The notes below the pieces were generated by a model. It saw only the letters and a list, made by a program, of their open reading frames with translations, made no database searches and had not been told where the DNA came from. Positions 1-6,221 of a stretch of DNA of 40,713 nt are shown piece by piece. The DNA lies in IMG/VR virus record IMGVR_UViG_2940228231_000001, positions 1-40,713 of that record. One strand, written 5' to 3'. Positions within the stretch are counted from its first letter, which is position 1. Each line of letters begins with the position of its first letter. Source of the DNA: a virus. The position numbers and the translations under genes are program-made.

Positions 1-25
1 TTGGTGCGCCATTAGGGACTCGAAC
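1..25 (-). repeat. att core, left copy (displaced 3' end of a tRNA gene)
   Basis: ttggtgcgccattagggactcgaac is identical to 40689..40713. Reverse complement gTTCGAGTcccta-atggcgc-a-CCA reads as T-loop, T-stem 3' half, acceptor 3' strand, discriminator and CCA. Sequence right of position 25 gives only an imperfect T-stem partner, consistent with phage DNA. Confidence 0.85.
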
Positions 26-40
26 ACTAATTTGAGCCAT

Positions 41-138
41 TTCAACACAGTTCACTATGGTTCAATACGGTTCAAATTTCAATGGTTTCAGCGTGTTTTA
101 ATGGTTCATCATGTTTCAACATAGTTCATGGTGTTTCA
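41..138. repeat. Array of ten TTCA motifs (extended consensus ATGGTTCA), mostly exactly 10 bp apart
   Basis: TTCA starts at 41, 51, 61, 71, 78, 87, 105, 115, 125 and 135, read directly from the sequence. The array lies in the non-coding att-proximal arm. Confidence 0.8.
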
Positions 139-155
139 TGCTGTTTTTCGTTTTT

Positions 156-174
156 TGTAGTCAGAAATGTAGTC
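156..174 (+). promoter_or_regulatory. Two TGTAGTC motifs 12 bp apart; candidate integrase arm-type binding sites (left arm)
   Basis: tTGTAGTCagaaaTGTAGTCgaa. The same heptamer pair occurs in the same orientation at 40626..40643 in the other att arm. Confidence 0.45.
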
Positions 175-184
175 GAACTCCTTA

Positions 185-400
185 TCATTCTTCCAATTTT
201 TCAAACAACCCATCTTTGAGTTCAGCCATCTCCTCCGCCAACTTTTCGGTTAACTCCCCAAAGGCAACAAACGCTAACTTGTATGCCTCTGGATCCATTC
301 CACCATAGATTGCCTGATAAAGTGTTTCCTGGATACTGTGGACAGTTGATGCAGCATTGCTTAATTCTTCTACATTAAATGCTAGTTCGTTTTGTTTCAT
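185..400 (-). CDS. Small acidic helical protein of unknown function; stand-alone unit at the prophage end (moron-like)
   Basis: 71-aa ORF with GGAG RBS 7 nt upstream of the ATG. It lies downstream of the lysis-operon terminator and has its own candidate promoter. Confidence 0.6.
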   Translation of the reverse strand: MKQNELAFNVEELSNAASTVHSIQETLYQAIYGGMDPEAYKLAFVAFGELTEKLAEEMAELKDGLFEKLEE

Positions 401-423
401 TGTTATTCTCCTTTTTTAATTTT

Positions 424-451
424 ATAGTAGCATCATAGGAGTTTTTTGCAA
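424..451 (-). promoter_or_regulatory. Candidate sigma-70-type promoter for the 71-aa gene
   Basis: Minus strand reads TTGCAA (446..451), a 16-nt spacer, then TGc-TACTAT (extended -10, 424..429). Confidence 0.45.
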
Positions 452-484
452 TAAAAAAGAGCAAGGCAAATGCCCTGCTCTTTT
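451..484 (-). terminator. Rho-independent terminator ending the late/lysis operon (bidirectional shape)
   Basis: Stem GAGCAAGGC / GCCCTGCTC (one mismatch) with loop aaat. An A-run flanks it on one side and a T-run on the other. On the minus strand the stem is followed by TTTTTTATT. Confidence 0.75.
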
Positions 485-505
485 AATTTGACTTTTATTA
501 TTGCG

Positions 506-1237
506 TTAAATCTTTTCTACATATTTTTCGGTGATATTGCACCAGCCATTTTCGGTGTATCCCCAAGTTTTGTCCGTATTGTGATCTCGGATATTTAAGG
601 TGGTTCCCTTTTTGTACGAACCAGTAATCTTAAAAGATGTTCCTGGGCCAGTACGGATATTGAGTTTTCCTTTGGTTTTACATTTCTCCAGAACCTTCAA
701 CCCCTCAACAGCCTCAGAAGTCTGAGTCAACTCCTCACGAAGTTTTTTCCATTTAGTCGTCTCTACATATGGCAATGGACAAAGTTTGCCGTTGACGTCA
801 AAATGACGTACAACCTTGTCATCCTTGATTCCATATTTCTTCTGTAGCGACTGAACCAGTTCAGCAGTGTTTTTGATTGTTGCGTCAGTAATATATATTT
901 TACCACTTTTTTTCTTGCAACACATTTCAATGCTAATGCTGTTTTTGTTTGTGCATTTTCCGAAAAGCTTTCCGCCATATTTTGCGTAAGGGCTGCCCTG
1001 GTCTAATAATCCGCTAGAGCCTACTGCCCATGCAGCGTTTTTGTCTTCAACAGACTGCCATATACTTGTGTCATCCACAAAGTAATGAGCTGATGCTTGA
1101 CGGTCACCGCCCGCAAAATAGTCTACGTTATTTTTGGCGGTTGATGTGGTTCCTACGTAGTGGATAACGATATATTTAATATCTCTATTGGTATATTTGT
1201 CATGATTATATTTTGAGATTTTCTTATTGATCTTCAT
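506..1237 (-). CDS. Endolysin: N-acetylmuramoyl-L-alanine amidase (Amidase_2/PGRP-like) with C-terminal SH3-like wall-binding domain
   Basis: YIVIHYVG...SAHYFVD...AAWAVG...SISIEMC...VVRHFDVNGKLCP amidase pattern. The C-terminus GKLNIRTGPGTSFKITGSYKKGTTLNI...WGYTENGWC is SH3_3-like. It is the last gene of the lysis cassette. Confidence 0.9.
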   Translation of the reverse strand: MKINKKISKYNHDKYTNRDIKYIVIHYVGTTSTAKNNVDYFAGGDRQASAHYFVDDTSIWQSVEDKNAAWAVGSSGLLDQGSPYAKYGGKLFGKCTNKNSISIEMCCKKKSGKIYITDATIKNTAELVQSLQKKYGIKDDKVVRHFDVNGKLCPLPYVETTKWKKLREELTQTSEAVEGLKVLEKCKTKGKLNIRTGPGTSFKITGSYKKGTTLNIRDHNTDKTWGYTENGWCNITEKYVEKI

Positions 1238-1529
1238 TCTCTTCTTCCCCTTTTCGATTGTCTAGATAGTTTTCGTCTAAACGTAACATTGCCTTGACGT
1301 GTTCTTTAAAGTTATCTCCCCCAATCGCGGCTTGGGTGAAACTGTTGTTTTTCCAAAATGCTACTAAAGCGGACCCTACAGTAAATCCCAACGTGCATAA
1401 TTGGTAAACAGTCTCCTCTGATAGTTCAAGAGGTGTCCACCCCAAAATAGCACATACCTGATTGAGCAGTGCCACAATTAGTACAATCAATCTAGCGATC
1501 GTTCCTGCTGAAATTTTTCCTTTGTTCAT
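1224..1529 (-). CDS. Holin (phi LC3 / Phage_holin_4_1-like)
   Basis: Two hydrophobic helices (IARLIVLIVALLNQVCAILGW; LCTLGFTVGSALVAFW), then WKNNSFTQAA and a charged C-terminal tail. It sits immediately upstream of and overlapping the endolysin. Confidence 0.8.
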   Translation of the reverse strand: MNKGKISAGTIARLIVLIVALLNQVCAILGWTPLELSEETVYQLCTLGFTVGSALVAFWKNNSFTQAAIGGDNFKEHVKAMLRLDENYLDNRKGEEENEDQ

Positions 1530-1544
1530 TTTTCTTTCCTCCTA

Positions 1545-1769
1545 TTATTTATGATATTCTTCCAAATCTTCAATCCGATGATTTATCACCTTTATCTGTT
1601 CTTCCACTACTGGCATTCGCCGAGCAAAGTCGTTATGTTCCTTGACCTCTTTAGTCAGTTCATCCAACTTGTACTCAGTCAGATTGCTTGACTTCCTGAT
1701 GCCGTATGTTGTTCCCGCAAACATGCCAACCGCAGATATGCCTGCTACTATAATCGGTGTCCAATCCAT
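1545..1769 (-). CDS. Small N-terminally anchored coiled-coil membrane protein (BhlA/UviB-type holin-like)
   Basis: One N-terminal TM (WTPIIVAGISAVGMFAGTTYGI) followed by a charged helical region. It is the first gene of the lysis cassette. Confidence 0.55.
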   Translation of the reverse strand: MDWTPIIVAGISAVGMFAGTTYGIRKSSNLTEYKLDELTKEVKEHNDFARRMPVVEEQIKVINHRIEDLEEYHK

Positions 1770-1803
1770 TCATTTGTCCTCTTCTTCGTTTTTATTTAGC
1801 ATA

Positions 1804-1829
1804 ACAAAAGAGAGCCACCAATGTGACTC
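1804..1829 (-). terminator. Weak candidate terminator/attenuator after the radical SAM gene
   Basis: Minus strand GAGTCAC-attg-GTGGCTC (7 bp with one G-U pair) followed by TCTTTTGTT. Confidence 0.35.
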
Positions 1830-1837
1830 CCTACATA

Positions 1838-3142
1838 TTATCTCTTGCTTAGTTTTTCTAGCATAGCATATTCATCTTCGCCGATGATTGGCACTGCCCA
1901 TTCTTTTGGACAATTCATTGCAAAGATTCTAGGGTCTCCCTGCTTCTTGTAATACTTGTTCCAAAAGTATGCATTTGCAAGAGACGCTGCTTTGTGCATA
2001 TCGCAGATATTGATGACTCTGCTATTCGGCGTACCGTTAACTTGGTAGTTGTACGCTGTACACCAACTGCAACCAGCTCCAATAGGACAGTCAAAACACT
2101 CATCAGTAGATTGACTTTTTCTGGTTATGCAGCCAAGACAACTTAATCGGTCTTTGTGACACTGTGATGGTGCTAGCCCATTATCTACATCTCCAATAAT
2201 GTAAGGCTCTTGATCATCACCAAGACTACTCTCCATGTACCTTAGACACGGATAAAGCACGCCATCTGGGTCACATGCGAGCATCACACCATTTCCACCA
2301 CACCAGTTCTTGTTGTCGCTAGCAGGTAGTTTTTTGTAATTGTCCTCATTAAAAAAGGCATAATAGAGTTCATCCACGTCATTATCAATGACATAATCTG
2401 CAAACTGCTTAAGCTGCTTATATAATTCCTGAGCGTGAGATATTTCCCAACCGTCTTCATATACACAATTAATGTTAATTTCCCTGTATCCAAGGTCTAC
2501 CATATGCTTGCTTGCCTCATAAACATAAGACACATTGGCAGGTGCAACAGTAATCTTGCTTCCCATATAAAAGCCATTGGACATCCAATCTTTGATTGCT
2601 GCCACCGCAATATCATAAGAAGGCTTCCCATCAGGAAACAATCTACACATGTCATGTAGTTCTTTATTCCCATCTAGTGTTACGCTAAACGACATATGAT
2701 TACGGTGCTTGGTTAATACTCGTTGCACCTCTGGGTCATTATATAGTACGCCATTAGAGCAAATTCCAACTCTAAACTTATCTGCCCAAGGGTGATTTAA
2801 TCGCAGCGCCTCACCTCGAAAGTAGTCAACGATTTGGTCTATCAACGTAATCTCAAGTAACGGCTCTCCACCGATAAAGTCCAGTATTATCCCCGGAGAA
2901 GTTACCGGGTCAATATATGACCCGATACCTTTATCTCCGATCAATAACAAATCTACCAGCTTTTTAGCAACGTCTAAACTCATTCTGCGTTTGCCTTTAT
3001 GAGTTTGGTAACAATAACTGCAGGCCAAGTTGCAATCATCGGTTACCTGAAAAGTCACAGATTTTGCAAGCATTCCTGGTGGATATTCCGGGTAAAGCCT
3101 TGCTAACCAGTCGCAGTATTCTTCTACCTTTGGTATTGGCAT
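1838..3142 (-). CDS. Radical SAM enzyme with C-terminal SPASM-type auxiliary Fe-S domain (anSME-like fold; peptide/protein maturase candidate)
   Basis: CNLACSYC is the CxxxCxxC motif, and IGGEPLL is a SAM-binding glycine motif. C-terminal pattern is C-x12-G-x4-C (CGGNGVMLACDPDGVLYPC), then CFDCPIGAGCSWC, then a later Cys. Start overlaps the upstream stop (TAATG), with GAGGAGG RBS. Confidence 0.9.
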   Translation of the reverse strand: MPIPKVEEYCDWLARLYPEYPPGMLAKSVTFQVTDDCNLACSYCYQTHKGKRRMSLDVAKKLVDLLLIGDKGIGSYIDPVTSPGIILDFIGGEPLLEITLIDQIVDYFRGEALRLNHPWADKFRVGICSNGVLYNDPEVQRVLTKHRNHMSFSVTLDGNKELHDMCRLFPDGKPSYDIAVAAIKDWMSNGFYMGSKITVAPANVSYVYEASKHMVDLGYREININCVYEDGWEISHAQELYKQLKQFADYVIDNDVDELYYAFFNEDNYKKLPASDNKNWCGGNGVMLACDPDGVLYPCLRYMESSLGDDQEPYIIGDVDNGLAPSQCHKDRLSCLGCITRKSQSTDECFDCPIGAGCSWCTAYNYQVNGTPNSRVINICDMHKAASLANAYFWNKYYKKQGDPRIFAMNCPKEWAVPIIGEDEYAMLEKLSKR

Positions 3143-3483
3143 TACATGACCTCCTCAAACATACCATTTGTGCGAATTTCGCAGTCACACATCTGTGTAA
3201 CATATAACAGTCTAGTTCGAAAATCGATTTGCCAGTTGACGTTATGATTGCCAAATGTTGGGGCAACATAGCGTTCTGTGATTTCGGCTTTTGCATTTTC
3301 ATAATGCATTTTAGCTTCGATTTGCTTTTTTTCATAGGCCTTAAAGGCTTCTGTTTCAAGTACCAATTCTCCATAATTCGTAATAAGAAACGCTATATTG
3401 TCTTTCGTCATTTCGTTCTCGTAAAACGTCCGTTCTAAGTAACTGATTACTTTTTCATCTATTTTCATTCTAAATTTCTTCAT
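3142..3483 (-). CDS. 113-aa protein of unknown function, translationally coupled to the radical SAM gene (candidate maturase partner)
   Basis: ORF with TAATG overlaps at both ends. No recognisable motif. Helical N-terminal half, with MCDC near the C-terminus. Confidence 0.7.
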   Translation of the reverse strand: MKKFRMKIDEKVISYLERTFYENEMTKDNIAFLITNYGELVLETEAFKAYEKKQIEAKMHYENAKAEITERYVAPTFGNHNVNWQIDFRTRLLYVTQMCDCEIRTNGMFEEVM

Positions 3484-3806
3484 TATTTCGCCCCCATATC
3501 GCCGTCAAACATGATATCAATTTTTTCTTCGTAGTCGTTGATGACCCTAACGTAATCGATAAATCCGGTTAGACTATATACTTTGTCACCTTCTTTTTCG
3601 ACTCCGCCATTTTCTGTCACAATTCTAACCTCTGACGTTTTTGTTTCATCAGCGAATAGCTCTTTTAATTTTGCATCATCTGCTTCTCGTGCCTTTTTAC
3701 CTGCAATCGATATAACTGTTCTTGCACCATCAGTTCCAAAATATCCGTTTGAAAATCTGATGTTAGTAATTTCCACCTGTGTTTTGTCTTTAAATATTAA
3801 TTTCAT
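3483..3806 (-). CDS. 107-aa protein of unknown function in the Cys-repeat/rSAM cassette
   Basis: GGAGGG RBS 7 nt upstream of the ATG. Starts 3 nt after the stop of the Cys-rich gene. No recognisable motif. Confidence 0.7.
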   Translation of the reverse strand: MKLIFKDKTQVEITNIRFSNGYFGTDGARTVISIAGKKAREADDAKLKELFADETKTSEVRIVTENGGVEKEGDKVYSLTGFIDYVRVINDYEEKIDIMFDGDMGAK

Positions 3807-3809
3807 TTT

Positions 3810-4325
3810 TTATCCCTCCAAATTATTTTTAACTGTAACTGTTGATTGCCCACTGCATGTGTTAAAACATGTAGATGAGCATTGGCCCAAGCAACTGCTT
3901 TTACAATCACCTGCGCATCCTGTATTGCAACTACCACCGCAGCCATCACTACATCCCGAACACCCGCTGCATGCTTGACATCCCGTACAAGTTCCTGAGC
4001 AACTGCTACAGCTTGATGAACAAGCTCCGCCGCAGCCAGAACAGCCTGTGCAGCCTCCACAGCCAACCATACATGCTGCAGTGCAACCTTGACACCCTCC
4101 GGTGCATGAGGCAGTGCAACCTTGACACCCTCCGGTGCATGAGGCCGTACAGCCTGGCGAACATCCGATCCCACAACCCGTGCAGCCTCCTGAGCAAGTG
4201 CCCGAACATCCAGTGCAATCCTTAGTACATGCTGCGGTACAGACGCCCAAGCAACCAGTGCATGGTCCGCAACCGAGGCACGTACCTTTGCACGCTCCCG
4301 AACACGTTGACGATGAACACGCCAT
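3810..4325 (-). CDS. Hyper-cysteine repeat protein: 171 aa with 43 Cys, spaced almost exclusively CxxC/CxxxC, rest mostly G/S/T/A
   Basis: Start set at the internal ATG (MACSSSTCSGAC...), preceded by AAAGGAG plus 7 nt. The longer 195-aa ORF has no RBS. The Cys-repeat pattern is paralogous to the C-terminus of the upstream gene. Confidence 0.7.
   Translation of the reverse strand: MACSSSTCSGACKGTCLGCGPCTGCLGVCTAACTKDCTGCSGTCSGGCTGCGIGCSPGCTASCTGGCQGCTASCTGGCQGCTAACMVGCGGCTGCSGCGGACSSSCSSCSGTCTGCQACSGCSGCSDGCGGSCNTGCAGDCKSSCLGQCSSTCFNTCSGQSTVTVKNNLEG
4081..4146. repeat. Tandem 2 x 33-bp repeat (32/33 identical) inside the Cys-repeat gene
   Basis: gtgcaaccttgacaccctccggtgcatgaggc(a/c) occurs twice, encoding two copies of the 11-aa unit CTASCTGGCQG. 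Confidence 0.9.
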
Positions 4326-4339
4326 ATATTTTCTCCTTT

Positions 4340-4807
4340 CTACACCATCGTGCTGCTTGCACATGCTGTTCCACATGTTGCCGTGCAGCCTTGGCATCCA
4401 CTATCGCAAGCGCCTGAGCACCCGTTGCATCCACCGATGCAACTTCCAAAACACAGACCACTACATGCACCTCTGCATGAGCTAGTCTCACCTTCTATCG
4501 ATTCACTCGATATCAAATCCAAGTAATCATCTAAACTATTTACTGATGGAAGCGGTTCACCTTTTCGAACAAAACTTGCCTCCTGGTCTTCTACTGCATA
4601 GAGAATATTTATGGTTTTTTCCCCATGTTCGGCAAGAACTCTCGAACCCTTTTCTGGGACTTCTACAAAATCGTATTCTTCCTCACTGAATTCTCTCAGT
4701 GAACCAAAATCAATCGGTTCTTCGTCTTGGTCAAGTCCTGCTAGCGAACGTCTTTCCATTTCGGCTTTCACTCTTTGTTTTATCGCCTTAAATTCATCGG
4801 CTGTCAT
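4340..4807 (-). CDS. Bipartite protein: acidic N-terminal domain of about 108 aa plus 47-aa C-terminal tail with 11 Cys (CxxxC/CxxC)
   Basis: GGGGGTGAG RBS. The ATG is 4 nt after the tail-fibre stop. C-terminus is SSCRGACSGLCFGSCIGGCNGCSGACDSGCQGCTATCGTACASSTMV. Confidence 0.75.
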   Translation of the reverse strand: MTADEFKAIKQRVKAEMERRSLAGLDQDEEPIDFGSLREFSEEEYDFVEVPEKGSRVLAEHGEKTINILYAVEDQEASFVRKGEPLPSVNSLDDYLDLISSESIEGETSSCRGACSGLCFGSCIGGCNGCSGACDSGCQGCTATCGTACASSTMV

Positions 4808-4811
4808 ATGC

Positions 4812-6161
4812 TCACCCCCATACAGATGTTACCGTAACCCATTCTGAGCCATCATAATACTTAGCAACGCCAAAGGTTGCAGTATCAATCCAAAGCACGT
4901 TGGTTTTCTCTGGTTGAGTTTCGCTGACGATTACGCCGCCACCCGAAAAATTTGCTAATGCGTTAGCAATCACCTTATTTTTAACTGCATTATCTGAAGT
5001 AGTTGACAATTCATCGTCTAAAATGACTGTAGCATCACTGCCTGCTGGTCCGCGTTCTCCTTGAATTCCTTGTAATCCTTGAGGCCCTGTGTCGCCCTTT
5101 TCTCCTTTTTGCCCTTGTATACCTTGTTCGCCTTTAGGACCTTGTACTCCAGTATCTCCCTGTTCTCCCTTCTCGCCCTTTTCTCCTTTAACTCCCTGCG
5201 GTCCTCTATCTCCAGTATCTCCTTTTTCACCTTTTGCTCCCTTTAATGGGCCATTATTAACCCAAACGTTATTCAATCCATCAAATATGTAAATATCATA
5301 CGGAGCTATAACCCCAATGCTATAAGCGTCTCCAGTTGTAGGACTCGTTACTGATGAGTCGAGCAAATCTACTGTTGTAAAGTGACCTAGTATCTGAAAT
5401 CCATCACCTTTTGGACCTTGTTCACCCTGTATTCCCTGATCACCTTTCTCGCCCTTTGGTCCTGGGACACCTTGTTCTCCTTGCGCACCCATCGGGCCTT
5501 GTTCTCCAGTATCTCCTGGTTCTCCAGGCAATCCTTTAGAACCCTGTGGCCCTTGTTCTCCACGTGGTCCTTTTAACATTTCCAACTGCTCACTTGTAAA
5601 GTCGGCGAAAGTAAATGGATCTCCTTTGTCGCCTTTCATGAACCCGAAATCATGTCTTTTACCAGCTTTTGTGATAACAATTAAATGTTGATTTTCATCA
5701 ATGATAATTGTTTCAATGCTTTCTGCCAGTACTTGATTTGATTTCTCAGTTGATGCAATTAGCATGTCAATAATTTGTTCATAGATATCTTCTGTCGGAG
5801 GTTCAATAGTCTTTCCAGCAATGTATCCTCCATTAACCAATACTGGAAATGGCAAGCATTCCATATCCGCATCTTCTCTGACGGTCGAAATTACTTCGCC
5901 ATTCATCATACCTACAACAGAACATACGAACCCACCCTGCTTTATCACTTCCCACGGAATTAGGCATTCGTCATTTACTAACAACTGATATTTCTTGATG
6001 CCATTTCGCTCAAATATTGCCGTTTTGCACATGCCTGCCCATTCCGGAGAAAACTTGAACACTGCATTCAAGTAGTTTTTGCTTCCTGCAGCAAGTATCC
6101 GTTTTTCTTTGCATGAAGCATGCTGTCCGTTTATTTCAAAATGTACATTTACCATCAACAT
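4812..6161 (-). CDS. Collagen-like tail fibre protein
   Basis: Two long G-X-Y tracts ([57 protein letters not shown] and [67 protein letters not shown]). C-terminal VLWIDTA...KYYDGSEW module. The true start is probably the ATG at 6155, which has better RBS spacing. Confidence 0.85.
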   Translation of the reverse strand: MLMVNVHFEINGQHASCKEKRILAAGSKNYLNAVFKFSPEWAGMCKTAIFERNGIKKYQLLVNDECLIPWEVIKQGGFVCSVVGMMNGEVISTVREDADMECLPFPVLVNGGYIAGKTIEPPTEDIYEQIIDMLIASTEKSNQVLAESIETIIIDENQHLIVITKAGKRHDFGFMKGDKGDPFTFADFTSEQLEMLKGPRGEQGPQGSKGLPGEPGDTGEQGPMGAQGEQGVPGPKGEKGDQGIQGEQGPKGDGFQILGHFTTVDLLDSSVTSPTTGDAYSIGVIAPYDIYIFDGLNNVWVNNGPLKGAKGEKGDTGDRGPQGVKGEKGEKGEQGDTGVQGPKGEQGIQGQKGEKGDTGPQGLQGIQGERGPAGSDATVILDDELSTTSDNAVKNKVIANALANFSGGGVIVSETQPEKTNVLWIDTATFGVAKYYDGSEWVTVTSVWG

Positions 6162-6195
6162 TCTCCTTTCATCATTTTCATTATCATAACGTAAT

Positions 6196-6219
6196 GTAGG
6201 GAGACTTTCGCCTCCCTAC
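6196..6219 (-). other. Perfect 8-bp stem-loop between the giant gene and the fibre gene (no T-tract)
   Basis: GTAGGGAG-n8-CTCCCTAC, starting 3 nt after the stop of the 2811-aa gene. Confidence 0.4.
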
Positions 6220-6221
6220 TC

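Noticed and set aside
111-308. A 65-aa + strand ORF in the left att arm.
   Set aside because: It has no RBS and a low-complexity translation. It overlaps the phased TTCA array and the convincing minus-strand 71-aa gene.
1838-3142. Annotating the radical SAM enzyme as an anaerobic sulfatase-maturating enzyme (AslB/anSME).
   Set aside because: The fold-level resemblance is real. But there is no sulfatase gene and no C/S-x-P/A-x-R target motif anywhere in the window, while two Cys-repeat proteins are translationally linked to it.
3583-4491. Seven additional overlapping ORFs on both strands across the Cys-repeat genes (3583..3978 +, 3803..4174 -, 3875..4225 +, 4006..4218 -, 4135..4485 +, 4222..4491 -, 4229..4417 +).
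   Set aside because: They are a by-product of a stop-poor, TGC/GGC/ACC-rich repetitive sequence. None has an SD-start arrangement. Only the frames called fit the RBS positions, the translational coupling of the operon and the paralogy between the two Cys-rich products.
4990-5560. ORFs 5018..5230 (-) and 5089..5292 (+), and the idea of a DNA-level VNTR or diversity-generating retroelement target in the fibre gene.
   Set aside because: The alternative ORFs are frame artefacts of G-X-Y codon periodicity. The collagen tracts are degenerate at the DNA level. No reverse transcriptase or template repeat exists in the window.
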